From Eledone cirrhosa (Eukaryota), in the NCBI GenBank assembly GCA_964016885.1, contig OZ024746.1:87234001-87298000 (forward strand): a DNA stretch of 64,000 nucleotides, given 5' to 3'. Each line of letters opens with the position of its first letter. The stretch's first letter is position 1. Positions 1 through 13,759 of the stretch are shown piece after piece. Under the pieces are notes generated by a model. That model saw nothing but the letters and a program-made list of their open reading frames with translations. It did not search any database and was not told the DNA's origin. The translations under genes and the position numbers were made by a program.

Positions 1-1024
1 CCCAGGAGTGACCAATGAGATCCTTGATATTCAAATCAAATTACCGATTCACCACCTCTTTTAGCTTCCTCGTTATACTTTAGTAACGACTAAGAGGCAA
101 CCAGGGATGTATATCATTGAATGGTTACAATAACGGGAACAGCACATGCTCACATTAAATGTGTCTTTGAGTTATGTTTCTCACTCAAATTCGAGAATGT
201 TTACTGCAATAATATTTTTCTTATACAAGTTGTCCATAACGTCAAATTTAATAGAAACGTGCTAGACCGATGTGAGGGTACAATAAATGACACATATGGA
301 TTGTGCCAAATGGGATCGAACACGGAATATTGTTATTAGAAATCAAACTTCTATGATTTGTAAATATGTCGTTTCGTGTGGATAAAAAATCATGATATAT
401 GCACGATTTCTGTCAATAATGTGTACAAATTGAGCTACAATTACCCATAACCTTTGCATACTTTTAGTTATTTATTTACCTTACATATATAGAATTGTAT
501 ATAAACGCAAAGAAATCTATAACGAAATAGCTAAATATATTCAAATATTTAACAAACTGTCTGAGCAAACAAACTTTCTGAGAAAACTGAAGTTGAGAAG
601 AAAAAGAAACAAAGCTGATAACATAATCCTCACATATGCAAAATAACGTGCAAATATAAAATGCAGCTGTGTTGTATACAGATGTTTATTTGTAAACGGT
701 AGAGTAAATGCCAGTTAAGTATGCTTACATTCTTTTTTAATGTTTCTGTGACATACACTTTTAAAACTTATAGATATCTAACATTAAGTACTTGACAATA
801 AATGGAAGTTGACACAGAAAAGGTTATATGTCAATGTACAATGAGGAGGCGTTTTCACATTCCTTTACTATTTTGAAATTAATTTATCTTTGTATGTAAC
901 ATTAGGATTTGTGACATACATTCTAACAGTGTTTATGGGGCAAAGGTCCCAAGATCCACCATTGCAATCACAATAATTTTCATTTATTACGCATTTCAAT
1001 AAATGAAAATTTAGCAAAACCAAC

Positions 1025-1238
1025 ATGCAGGAGACCCAGAAGAACACCCTGAACAACATGGTAGGATAACATCCACAAACCTGGCTGAGCTCGCTTGGTG
1101 ATCTATATGGATCAGTTGGATCCGCTGGATGGAGTGCTTGAGGACTCAGCCCCCACGGCCCTCTCAGGAATAAGTGGGCGACGTGGTAATCTGTCTACTA
1201 CACCTTCTTATCATTGGACGAAGAAGAAGAAGAAGAAG
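1025..1238 (+). mobile_element. 3' end of an RTE-clade LINE with (GAA)n tail
   Basis: Decayed C-terminal motif RRPRR..TTW*DNI followed by a short 3' UTR and a (GAA)n tail at about 1221-1238. Confidence 0.45.
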
Positions 1239-2009
1239 CACAATGCTCTTAAGAAAGCGATATACTTCCGAAAACCACTTTGCTTTTCAGACTTATGCTA
1301 CATTGATGCCTCCGATAATTATTAGTCATATTATTGAATTAGTCCATTTATAATTTTGTCCACAAGTATTATAAAACACATTTATTATTACTCTGATATG
1401 TAGTTTAGCTGATATCCACAATGGATCGTTGCTCAGTCAATCGGAGGGAAACGTCACTCAGGTGATCATTGATAAAGTAGCCCCATGACTAGATCGTGCC
1501 TGTGGCTCATAACTTGTATTTAATTCACGAATCATATCTAGGATTATATCATCGATGGCGCAGTTTTTATTTTAAAATTATAATTTTTTTTCGGAGTGGG
1601 AGGTTATTTTACTGCTACATTTGCAGTTCAGACTTCAAGTAAGTATATCTTTTAGTTCGATTCGTTATTAAAAATCCGAATCATTTCGAAAGTTAATGAA
1701 TCGGTGATGTTCAGTGATATATTAGTCAAAATACATAAAACAGCTCAGTTTATCTACCTGTAAATATGTATTTGAATGAATGGTAATAAAGCTGTACAAA
1801 GAGCAATATTGGTATCAACACAGCCCTTTGGTTTTCAAGGGAGGGTTTGAATTAGAAATAAACATTATATTGAGGGAACACAAAGAAATCAAGAACAAAA
1901 GAAAAACAATTCGTTCCGAATTATAACATGGTATATAATTTTTAATGTTGATCGATAGAGGTCAGCTCATGTCAAACCAGCCTATGATTAAAGTAGTTAT
2001 ATAAGCTAT

Positions 2010-2170
2010 TAGGCGGCGAATTAGCAGAGTCATAAAAACGTCGGGTAGAATGCTTTATGGTATTCATTCTGGGTATCTGTTCTCTGAGTTCAAATCCCGC
2101 CGTGATGAACATTGACTTCCATATTTTCGCGGTCGATAAAAAAGTACCGGTCTAATAGAGGGGTCGATTC
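2010..2170 (+). mobile_element. Diverged tRNA-derived SINE copy
   Basis: ggcgaattagcagagt (A-box-like) and gagttcaaatcccgcc (B box), with a body similar to the other SINE copies. Confidence 0.7.
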
Positions 2171-2730
2171 TTCCTCTACATCGCCTTCTCATTTCCTCTC
2201 TCTCACTATCTATCTTTCTATGTAAAAAATCTGCTGTACTCAGGCCTAGAGTGGGATGGGCTCCACCAGGTTTAAAATGATCAAGAACCGCCTTTTTGTC
2301 TGGTTTAGTTAATCTCAGATTATATTATCTAAATTGTTGTTAATTGGTTTACTAAATATTAGTGTGTGATTCGAGAGGGATATAACCACAAAATACCGCA
2401 CGTCAAGCAGGCAGATAAATGCTTCCTTAATGTTTTATCAGATATATATTGTTCGTTTCCAAACAATATATATCGATCAATACAGGTTATATCTTCGCAT
2501 CGATCATGTTAGTTTTAGATGGTAGAAACCAAGTCACGAAGCTGTTATAGGAGAAGAATATTTAGAATGATTTCTTGAACTAGCATCGATGAATACATGT
2601 AAACCTTTCAAACAATTTATCCTTTACAAGTGAGATATATTGTAATCCAAGACAACAACATTGTTGTAAACAATGGCATGCAGTACAGCAATTCCACCAA
2701 TTATAAGCCATATAGCTAAGCAAATTAAAA

Positions 2731-2904
2731 ATAATTGTATCTACTTTTGGCACACGGCCAGCAATTATCCCAATGCATTACTGGTGCTTTATTTTGTAGA
2801 CCCCGTAAGGATGAAAGGCAAAGTTAACCTCGGCGGGATTTGAACTCAGACCATAAATGACCATAACTCTTTGCTGCAAAGCATGGCCTCCGACCCTCCA
2901 CCGC
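2731..2904 (-). mobile_element. tRNA-derived SINE (main family)
   Basis: Core gaccccgtaaggatgaaaggcaaagttaacctcggcgggatttgaactcaga shared with more than 10 copies in the window. Confidence 0.9.
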
Positions 2905-2915
2905 AAAGTTAACAA

Positions 2916-3103
2916 ATAATGTTTTCTACTTTTGGCACAAACCAGGAATTATTCCAGTGCATTACTGGTACTTTATTTTATCGACCCCGTAAGGATGAAA
3001 GGCAAAGTTAACCTCGGCGGGATTTGAACACAGACGTAAAGGCCCGTAATTCCATGCTGCAAAGCATGTCATCCAACGCTCTAACGATGCTGTCTATCCA
3101 CCA
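2916..3103 (-). mobile_element. tRNA-derived SINE (main family), tandem with previous copy
   Basis: Same core sequence, head-to-tail with 2731-2904. Confidence 0.9.
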
Positions 3104-3473
3104 CAATGGTTAGACAAAAATTAGTATTGAACTGTGTTAACTATATCTACACGAGTTACGTCACAGAAGAAATACACTGCTGTAGTGTAGTAATCATATT
3201 ATCTCGTTACTGAAGAAGACTTCTATCGAAAATCTCCAACGTTATGATGATAATTCCAAATAGAATCAAAATTGTTCAAGATACTAAACCAATAAAAAAA
3301 ATAACGTAATAACTATCATGCTTAATCAGGAGAAGAAAACGTATCCTAAATTATTGAAAGATTTCGTGAATAAGAATAACATATAAATATGTGCAAGCAT
3401 ATAGGTCAATGTTCGTAACAACAATTAGATTTATAGTATCAGTATATTGGTTTAAATACCTTGTGGAGTTGTT

Positions 3474-3508
<35 letters not shown>

Positions 3509-4238
3509 TTTCAAGAACGTCAGTATTACGTGTGTCATATTTCTCGATTATCATTGGTTCATATGTTTCAAACCACTCCGCCCACCTCAACGACGCCAAA
3601 CTTAAATTAATACGCATAAGGCCAATGAGAGAGTGAGAGGGGAGAGTAAGAAACAGAGAGGCAAAGTGAACACTGTAACTATTACCATGTGTGCGTGTGT
3701 ATGTACGTGCGCGTATGTTTATGTGTGTGTGCGTGCGTGCAGCGTTCCACAGAAAGTAAAATCTATCAACATTTGTGAGTGTGTAAGTGTGTGTAAGTGC
3801 ACGGGTTCGTGTGTAAGTTTGCGTGCGTGTGCGCGTTTCCTTGCGTGTATGTGTGTGTACGTGGGGCGTTCCACAATCGCCACGCAGTTTATCTGTCTGT
3901 GTGCCTGTCTGCAAGTCTAACATACACATAGTTGTGAAAGGAGTAAATAGGGACCTTTTTTTACATTGACGGACATCTTATATATTTATTATTGTGTAAT
4001 TTTTTGACAATTGCTCGAAATGAATACTGATAATAAAAGCAATTCGATTTTATCAAATGGTGAACTACAGCGGCGACGGCGTGCAACCAGGAATTAAGAA
4101 AGACGGGCCGAACAGCGCCATCGGAACGCCGAATTCATAGGCGAAGGCATGTCGCCGTGAATGACTGGAGCCAAGCAGCGACGTCGTGCTGCGATGGCTG
4201 ATGATGAACTGGCTGAGCATCATCTGTTATATTAATTA

Positions 4239-4599
4239 TCTATATCTATATCTACATATAATATAAAAGATTGGAACATCCATCATCCTTTTGAGAAACG
4301 TGCAACAACCACGCCTATGCAATGATACACGTTTTACAGTCAGGCAGAAGATGAACCATCTCCTAGAGGTCACTATTCTATGTGGGAGCACATAGAATTG
4401 TTCATATACTATGCACAAACGGTGCAACGAATAATCTGGTATATCCGGAAGATTTTTTTTTTACTGTTTTCTGTATCACACAGACACCACGGACTCGCCT
4501 CATACTGTAAACAGACAACCATCCAATACAGTCATTTTCTCTTTTACCTGTCTTCTCTTATCATCTGTTTACCCGCGCTAAGCTGGGTACGTCAGCTAG
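4239..4599 (+). mobile_element. Putative non-autonomous Helitron
   Basis: Starts A|TCTATAT; ends in a GC-rich hairpin acccgcgctaagctgggt (4571-4588) followed by CTAG|T, matching canonical Helitron termini. The 5' boundary is uncertain. Confidence 0.45.
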
Positions 4600-4614
4600 T
4601 ATATATATATATAT

Positions 4615-4953
4615 ATATCACAGAAAAAAAAGAGAATCAGTGTTGCGTCGAATGGAATTTATTGGACATTTTACAATCGTTTCTCTGGTGACCAGCTCAA
4701 GGCACGATCGATGTGATGATCGACCCTGACTCTAAAAATCACAAGGTACCCAGATACGTCTTGATTCTACGAAGCAGATTTTCCTGGAAAGCTGCTTCGT
4801 AGAATCAAGACGTATCTGAGGAACTTGCGATATTCAGAGTCAGGTTCGATCACCACATCGATCGTGCCTCGAGCTGGTCACCAGAGAAACGATTGTAATA
4901 TGTCCAATAAATTCCATTCGTCGCAACACAGATTCTCTTATTTTCTGTGATAT
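4615..4953. repeat. ~340 bp fold-back palindrome (inverted PLE pseudo-LTR-like pair)
   Basis: Arms are reverse complements around ttcctggaa (~4781-4789); adjacent to (TA)n on the left. Confidence 0.95.
4809..4904 (+). ncRNA. Type I hammerhead ribozyme motif, long imperfect stem II
   Basis: gacgtat-CTGAGGA-[63 nt imperfect hairpin]-GAAA-C-gatt-G-TA-atatgtc; 7 bp stem I; AATAAA at 4906. Confidence 0.7.
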
Positions 4954-5624
4954 CATATTTTGCTCTATGAGAGCATCGAGTGCTCATACGGCCTACCGAA
5001 TACGGACACTTTAAGCATCCAACACCAATTATATATATATGCGTTTAAACCCTAGCGAAGTGATATTTGATGTTCATCATAATTGAGTCGGTAAGGTTTA
5101 ACCAGTAACAGTCAATTTCCAGTGTCAATGCAGGAGCTTGAGGAATATAGAGGTAGTTGTGTAAATGTATGTCACAACGACAAGCCAAATGAAACTGATG
5201 CCTTGGTATTTCGATGCTTGACTTTCCCCTGCAGAATTTCGGCAGGAGTGGAGAAAGGTGTGTGCTGCATAGACATTTGATAACACTTTATAGAATATTC
5301 TTTTTCCAGCGCATTGAGGAAGGCAGACCAACGTCATTTCATCACAATATGTGAACATAAATTACGGATGACGTTTTAAATACAGATGTGTATACATGGT
5401 CTCACGTGACATGTTGATAAGAAAGTTTTTTTGATTGTTTTGTTGTTTTTTTGTACCTGCGTGTATTTGTATACCCATGGCGAGTGTTTTCGCGTATGAT
5501 TGTGTATGTACGTATATGGATGCGTGTATGTATTTATTTATTTCGATTAGCTCTGTATTTTATTGACTTTACACTTAACTCTGAAGGAGAGAATCATTAG
5601 GATTCCTAGTTAGAATTTTAGTCT

Positions 5625-5895
5625 ACGACTTCAGTTATACGATTTACGTTGTTTAGTCTTTGCGTGCTATTGTTCTCTCCGCTCCTCGTATGACGTATTA
5701 TCTTCGTTTTTTTCCGTTCATTGCCAGAGAACGTCTCTATGAACCACCTAATAGAATATTAATCCACGACTTCTTTTATACCATAAACGTGGTTTTGTCT
5801 TTGCGTGTAATTGTTTTTCTCCGCTCCGAATAATGACGTATTATATTCGTTTTTTTCCCGTTCTTTGCCAGGGAACGTTTCGACGAACCGAAGTA
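5625..5895. repeat. Tandem duplication of a ~135 bp unit; the sequence that follows is also found at the window end (63956-64000)
   Basis: acgacttc...tctttgcgtg...tgacgtatta...ttgccag...gaacc occurs twice; aagtatcgtct..ctgtcttcctcc.gttgcaacg recurs at 63957. Confidence 0.75.
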
Positions 5896-6037
5896 TCGTC
5901 TTCCTGTCTTCCTCCAGTTGCAACGGTTTTTGAAATATTCACTTCCGCGTTCACAGATTGACTTTGTTAGTTTCAGAAGATCCCGTTAAGGGTGAAAGCA
6001 GCGAATCTTTGCTTAAACTTTAATCTGTTATTTTAAT

Positions 6038-6067
<30 letters not shown>

Positions 6068-6069
<2 letters not shown>

Positions 6070-6318
6070 TGGAATAGAATGCAACGAAATTTCATTTCTC
6101 ACTCTGAGTACGGCACTTACTTAAATGTAAGTATGTATGTACGTATACGTACATACATATATGTATACAGACGTACAGTAGTATGTATATATATACATAC
6201 ATGCACACATATATATGCACGTATTAGTTTACCGAACATTTATTATAACGCTCGGTTTGTTTGTTTGTAAGCATTGTTTACCTTCCTGCCAGATGGTTGA
6301 ACGTCTGAAAGTATATAC

Positions 6319-6320
<2 letters not shown>
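6068..6320. repeat. Dispersed repeat related to the 26663-27260 element
   Basis: gaaatttcatttctcactct.agtacggc..acttaaat and cgaacatttattataa.gctcggttt are shared with 26665-26810. Confidence 0.75.
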
Positions 6321-6349
<29 letters not shown>

Positions 6350-6495
6350 AAGTATGTAAAAGGAAACAGAAATAACAACGCAATTGGTACAGTATGTTGA
6401 AGGGATATATCAGGTTAACGCTTGATATAGCAGGAAGAGGGTTTTAACCTTTCGGACGCTAGTCCTTCATCACAAGAAATAATGAGAAATAAGAT
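6350..6495 (-). mobile_element. Short PLE pseudo-LTR-like unit with degenerate minimal hammerhead
   Basis: Reverse complement reads ctt-GTGATGA-a-ggac-tagc-gtcc-GAAA-ggtt; homologous to 10780-10920. Confidence 0.6.
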
Positions 6496-6575
6496 AGCTT
6501 GAGGAGACGGGCGCGTTGGAATTTGAAAAAATGTCTTTAGGAATTTTTTTTATACACACACACACACACACACGT

Positions 6576-6606
<31 letters not shown>

Positions 6607-7484
6607 AACATATATATAATAGTAATAGTTTAGTAAACATATAACCCTTTTCTTTACGTGAAGAAAAATGGATATTTATGAACGAGTTATATATTGATAA
6701 GAAGGAATGGAGATCAGATAGAGAAGGTAGCTCGTGTTCAATATCTGTGGGTGAATGAGTTATTGTTCACGCACATGGCACTATGGGAACATTTTGAGGG
6801 AGGAGGTGATAAATTTGTAAGATAATTTGCCAAGAAACTGATATTTCCAGGAAGTTATCAAATCAATTTTGAGAAGCAAATCTTTTGAAAACCTCATGCC
6901 TGTAGTGTATTATGCATTCGATTATCTTACGCACCCAATATCCCATATTTTCCGCTAGTAAAAAGTTGACATTTGTTTGATCCATTCATCACGATGTTTG
7001 AAGAAAGAGAGATGTGAGTAACAGTTATCCTTCAACACATAGCTTACCATGATGTTTCATACCGAAGGTTTGGCTGGGGATTTGTATCCTGTCATGTCCA
7101 TTAACAATACATTTTATAAATTATCCCCATTGCTTCTTTTCTACAAACGCCATACATGTTTATGGCAGAATTATCCACTTTTTAAACATGTTCTGTTAAA
7201 TTCATTCTTTTCACAATTTCCACAAAAGCTCGTTCAAATATTTTTAAATGAATGCTGAGAAGGCGGTTTACAAATAGACATTAGATCATAAAAAACTAAT
7301 TAAACCATGAAACTCTAGGTGGTCCAACGAATTTCATATGTACAAATTTAATTACAATGTATAAATTATAAAGAAGAGTACACAGACACACACACAAACG
7401 TTTACACAAATACACAACCACACACATAAACCACCTACCTATACACAGAGACACATATAGACATACATACGCACACACACACAT

Positions 7485-7555
<71 letters not shown>

Positions 7556-7824
7556 TGTGTTTCTGTGTGTTGGTGTACTTACGAAAATTCAACAAGAAAT
7601 AAACTTTAAACAATGCATTTGGATGATCATACATATAAGCTTACGTTTTCTATAATAGATTACGGTCATTCAGCCGCCCACGGAGTTTAGAATGAGAGAC
7701 AGAAGAACAAATAAACAGAAATATATGCAAGAATAAAAGAAGAGAAACAAACTGTAAAACAAATGTTCACAGGAAGAAATGCAGCTGTGTATTGAGTCAG
7801 CCATTTTGAACAAGTATATGTGAG

Positions 7825-8140
7825 AAGGCGCATGGATAAGTGATTAGAGCGTCGGGCTTACAAACCTGATATTATGAGTCTGATTCTCGGAGCAGGCTTT
7901 GCGGTGTGTGCTTGAGCAAGAGACTTTATTTTACGTTGCTGCAGTTTACTGAGCTTTAATTGCAAAGTTATTGCTGCCAAGCAGTATCAACCTTTGCTTT
8001 TCCCTTGGACAACATCAGTGGCGTGCAGAGGAGAAACCGGTATGCATAGGCGCTTGCTGGTCTTCCACAAACGACCTCCTCAGAGGGGAACCTTGTACAG
8101 GCAAATCCTGTGGTCATTCGTAACCGAAGGAGTCTTTACC
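7825..8140 (+). mobile_element. Second, older tRNA-derived SINE family
   Basis: tRNA-like head (ggcgcatggataagtgattagagcg) followed by tgtgcttgagcaagagactttattttacgttgct; related decayed pieces near 19650-19740 and 35210-35440. Confidence 0.55.
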
Positions 8141-8872
8141 CTTTTTATGTCAGAATTTCTCTTCCATATGGGTGAAATATTCGAGAAGAGATAATTATCT
8201 TCTATTTCTAGTTGTCATATATGGATGTGTTTGAAAAATCTTCTGTGTATGAAAGCAGGGATATGCATTTAACAAAGCCGTACTTTCTTAGCTGCGCTAT
8301 GTGTCAGACTGTGACTACGCTTTAGACCATCGAAGGTCGGGACCTACAGATTATGTCTATACCTGTATATCTACAGACCTTTGAACCCGCTCATACTCGT
8401 ATGTGTACTGCAGCTTGTACACATACACAGGAAGACGCAATCCTTATAGATATATATGTATTATCATAAAAACGCCAAAGTCCAGGTTAATATACCATGC
8501 CAGTTACGTGTTGATGTATTCATCTTTCAGTAGACATATTTGGTCTACTTTCAAAATTATTGAGAATATATCATCGAAGCAAGGAGAAAGAACTTGGACA
8601 TTATATATGGAAATATGTATTTATGTATTTATGTATTTATGCATGTATGTATGTACATATATATGCATATATGTCATTCGTTAGGTAAGCACGGCTACAC
8701 TGTTTATCTAGTGGACATGCGCACTAGATCAATAGTGCATCACTTCAGCGGTGATATGTCAAGCAGAAGCAACTTCCACCAACCAAAACCACCAAACTGT
8801 TACCTGAACCTATGAGAGCCGGTTCAAAAACCGGTACTTGCACCCCGACAAACAGTTAGCCATAACAATATC

Positions 8873-9432
<560 letters not shown>

Positions 9433-9454
9433 AAAAGTGGTTACACAACAGTTA

Positions 9455-9680
9455 GTTTATGTCTGGTCACCAGTTGGTGCTACTGGTAACATGCATCCCA
9501 GTACAACCTGTTTCATGGTCGGGTCCTGCAGGACTAAAAACAAAACCTGTCAAAGGGCAGAGGAGCTCTTAAGAGTCAATGGCCATCCAAAATCACCGGG
9601 AGAGATGACCCCTTAGCCTTTGTCAAGGCAGAATTCTAGGAGAAGGAAAACTCTGATATAACACCTGCAACTCTGATGGT
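9455..9680. repeat. Dispersed repeat, second copy at about 48430-48620
   Basis: gtgctac.ggtaacatg...agtacaacctgt..catggt.gggtc...actaaa and aaaacct.caaaggg...tcaa.ggccatc.aaaa occur in both. Confidence 0.6.
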
Positions 9681-10009
9681 ATCCAATGATGTTGACTTGT
9701 TCTTCTTTTTGGTAAATATCTTGGTTAAGAGAGTGGGACTGGCTTTGTGCAGTGCCTTTGCTCACTATAAAAGCTTCACGGCACAGGCATTGCTTTATAT
9801 CTGGAGATCTCTCTGCACTTGTTGTCACATGGTACTATGCGCCGAGCACTATGTGACAATAATTGTCACAAGTGTAGTGTTTGTACCAGAGTGTTCAAGT
9901 CGCTGGCTGGATTAAAAAGTCACACTCGTTCAGCGCATCGGTAGGGGTTCTCCTACATGGATATAAAGTAGTGGCCGTACTCGAAAACGAGTTGGCAGCC
10001 ACCATATAT

Positions 10010-10375
10010 ATATCTTACCAAGACACGGCGAACAGAATCTATGAGACGTTCAACAACACGGACGAGAACATTGACTTCAGTGTTGAACACTCCAACGAAG
10101 ACGGTTCACTTGCCCTCCTCGACTTCCGAATTAACATCACGGAACAGGGAAGGATCCACTGCAACTTCTACCGAAAGGCAGCCTGCAGGGACCTGTTCGT
10201 TCACTACAAGTCCGCCCTCCCTAACAGTGCCAAAAGAGGATACATCACGAACGAGATCGCGCGAATCAAAAACAGATGCAGCGATCCCGCGAGTGGTGTC
10301 ACTCATACCAAGCGATTCCTCGAGGTGCTGGAGACGAACGGGTACCCTAAGAAAGCGTTTGTAGGGTTTGTTCAG
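10010..10375 (+). pseudogene. Penelope-like reverse transcriptase C-terminal/thumb fragment
   Basis: FNNTDENIDFSVE..GSLALLDF..FYRK..FVHYKSALP..K..NEIARI..CS..LETNGYP, typical of PLE RT C-termini. Confidence 0.85.
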
Positions 10376-10637
10376 AGAGAAAATCGCGGAAACAAAGAAT
10401 TCTATGCTTTTTGTCGTACAAATGGTGCATAATCCTTTGGCACGCATTTTAACATAGTATATCTTATCAGAATAAACATTGTAAAGATGTTAAAACATAC
10501 CATGAAGACGTTAAACATACAAAGGGAATGTGATTTGACAGAATACATAACGTATTGTACGATTTGTATCTATATGTGTGCACACTTACATTCATACACG
10601 CATACATAAGTACATATGTATATCGCTGCATATACAT

Positions 10638-10695
<58 letters not shown>

Positions 10696-10779
10696 AAGAG
10701 CTGTCATCATTAATGGACGTGTTATTTTTAGGTAAAGACATATTTTCCAATTAAGACTCGCCGGATCCTTTAATCTAAC

Positions 10780-10920
10780 TTATTTCTCATTCTTTCTTCT
10801 GATGAAGGATTAGCGTCCAAAAGATTAAGTCCCTTTTCCTGCTATTTCAAGTGTTACCCTAATATATTCCTTCCTTATCTTGTACCGATTGTGTTGTTAT
10901 TTCTGGTTAGCCTTTACATA
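10780..10920 (+). mobile_element. Short PLE pseudo-LTR-like unit with degenerate minimal hammerhead
   Basis: ctt-CTGATGA-a-ggat-tagc-gtcc-AAAA-gatt-aag; inverted homologue of 6350-6495. Confidence 0.6.
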
Positions 10921-11073
10921 CATATATACATACATACATACATATGTATGTATGTATGTATGTATCTATGTATGTATGTATGTATGTATGTATGTACGTA
11001 TGTATGCATGCATGTATGTATGTATGTACGTACGTATGTATGTATGTATGTATGTATGTATGTATGTATGTAT

Positions 11074-11118
<45 letters not shown>

Positions 11119-11119
11119 T

Positions 11120-11350
11120 TATACTTGGGGAGGGTCATATTGTATTGTTGTAATTATTACCATAATTAATAACAGAAAACACTCACTGTTTGGTTTGTTT
11201 TCGCTTCTGTGTCCTTTATATCAGTTAATTGATGACCGAATGAAGTAACTGATATAAAAGATATAGCAGCGAAAACCATCCAAACAGTGAGTGTGTTCTG
11301 TTATTAATTCTGGCAATATTATTACAACAATATGACCCTCCCCAAGTATA
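11120..11350. repeat. ~230 bp fold-back palindrome embedded in (TA)n
   Basis: tatacttggggagggtcatattg...tatcagtta and taactgata...caatatgaccctccccaagtata are reverse complements; the terminus recurs at about 61893-61920. Confidence 0.9.
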
Positions 11351-11397
11351 ACAATATTTGTTTCGACACACGATTTCATATCAAAAACCTCGCAAAT

Positions 11398-11450
<53 letters not shown>

Positions 11451-12229
11451 GCATACATATATGCATACATGCATGCGTACATACACAATGCCTGCACATC
11501 GAATTCGAATAATGCCACCGCATGAGCATCACGGACGTGACTTTTTAGTACTGTTAGGGATATACCTATGACCATCTATGTCATGCACCACATCAACATG
11601 ACCCAGATCAAGCTATGCCTCTGCTAGTTTTTTTTAAATGAGGAAGGCTTTGCATGGAGGAAACATCTTTAGACATCGAAGTCATTTACGCAAAATGTAG
11701 AACTGGTTTACATAATTGGCTGCAAACAATGCCACAGGTTTTATATCAGCGTGACCTTCTCCTAGAGAGATGGTCTTAATGAAGAATAGGCGTCTCACGC
11801 TCCACAAAAGAAATATTTATTGGATGGTCATTCACTCTCCCCTGTGTGTGTGTGCCTGTGTATGTGTCTTCAATTAAATTGAATTTATCTTGTCATAAGA
11901 TATTCTAAAGATATTTTATGGGGATGGTTGATTATATGAAACCACAGTAGGTGTCAACTGCATCAGAAGCAGTATTTTCAATTATGTAATTACACACTTT
12001 CTCTGCGTTGACATTATAGGGTAAATAATAATTCACTAGTAATACTTGATATACACATAGTTTGTTGGTATTTCATTCTTTCGAAGTGACAAGATCAATA
12101 TGTTACTGTATAATCCTTATTACGTGATATTTTAACACAATTCATGATCATTTCCCACAACCGATACAACCAGTCGTTAGGGTACCAGCGAAGACGCTTT
12201 GCAGTCAGTTATCGGCATCGGTATCTATT

Positions 12230-12545
12230 CTTCATCATGTGTAGAAGGGTATCTGTGTTAAGACTAGTATTTGATATTGACGCACTTGTCCTCGAATTAC
12301 TGGAATCTTTGTTCCATGCCAGCTGTGACAGTCCAAATATCACACCCATACATAAGGATAGAACTCATTAAGGCCTTGTGTAGTTTGAGTTTCGTTGGAA
12401 AACTGATGGAGTTACTTTTCTATATGACATTTAGCCTTGCCATGGCAGAAGTGGCCAGGGCGTGCATTGTCAATATTTCCTTTTGAGATCTACTAACTTT
12501 GGTCAGAGTGGATTCTAGGTACTTGAAGTTGTCCACTACTTCAGG
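12230..12545 (-). pseudogene. RTE-clade LINE RT C-terminal fragment
   Basis: EVVDNFKYL..AMAKLN....SISFPTKLKL.KAL..SILMYGC.IW on the minus strand. Confidence 0.75.
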
Positions 12546-12784
12546 TCTTCTTTTACATTATATACAATTAATCTACACAAAATGACATAGATAATATACA
12601 GAATCATTATATTTATGTGATCAGTTTCAGTTCCATTGTAACTTGCAACAATTTAACTGGGCGGTTAGGAGTTATCGTAATAGCTATTTGCACAGGGTGT
12701 TCTTTGTCTGAGTTTTATTCCCTCGTCTCCCTTGCTTATCAGTGCCAATGCTTCACCTTATACATCTGATTGACCGTGTACCCT

Positions 12785-13370
12785 CGAATAAGCGACATAC
12801 AATTGGCCATGATTCAGGAAGAAACATACCGACTTTATCGTATGTTTGACTTTGGCTCTTGTAATTGTCATAGTATACGACCGTCATACTTGAAACCGGA
12901 CTCCTTAAGTAAAATCAATGTTGGGAGCACTGAGGGCTAACTTCAGTTTAGGAATCAAACACGACTGCCCATTAAAAGACCATTAATACGAGAAGCTTCA
13001 ATGGAATATTGATGTAATCTCACTACTTCAAATTGTGTGTCATTGCATAATATATGCTTGCTTGAAATGTTGCGTAGAAGCATTATTATTGAACCTGCAT
13101 TTAACTGGAATTTGTGCGGCGGCATCCTGGAATGTCTGAGTGAGTTAAGAAATCCAGTAGCATATCTGTCAGCCTCTACAGGGTCACCAGCGATCAATCT
13201 ATCAATACTGTAATACGTATGGGTGTTACCGGATATTTCTCTGAGAACCGCTACGTTGATCAATAGGCAATCACAATTCTTAGGAGATAAAATTCCTCGC
13301 GTTCTTTTCTCTTGTTACGATGTATCGCTGAAAGTTTGTTTCACTAAAGAGTCATTTAGACAAGTGAATG
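12785..13370 (-). pseudogene. Helitron Pif1-like helicase C-terminal fragment
   Basis: FLNSL..MPPHK.QL..G..IMLLRN...LCN.T, then AYTMTI..QTYDKVG..HGQLYVAYSR (frameshifted). A possible TC start lies at 14118 on the minus strand. Confidence 0.85.
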
Positions 13371-13759
13371 GAATCACTTCAATATCATTTTCATTCCTAT
13401 TCAGTTCTTCTATTCCAGGTGGCATTCGTTCTCATTATATCTTTCCCACTCCCTCTCCCCCACTATCTATCCTTCGTCGGAGGAAATGTGCTGGAGAGGA
13501 TTTGGGCGCAACCAACATTAACATTCTCTTGTAAGGCGTATTTATATATAGAGAAATATTATTCTAAACACAATTATAAATATTCACAAAAGGCAGAATT
13601 ATAAATATAATTTTGCTAGTTCTATTTAACTTGAGAGGGAAATAAAGAGTTAAATAATGCACACACACGCACACACAAACACACAATCGCACACATGCAC
13701 ACACACGCATACACACACACACGCACACACACACACGTACACACATATTTATACATATA

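Noticed and set aside
1-210. Possible Helitron helicase fragment on the minus strand
   Set aside because: Only a faint ISRISL.TP resemblance; too decayed to support.
3205-3242. CTGAAGA..GAAA hammerhead-like motif (also weak ones at about 2492-2541, 5972-6010, 25972-26030 and 40905-40940)
   Set aside because: The closing pairs or core nucleotides are mismatched; they cannot be told from chance without a family alignment.
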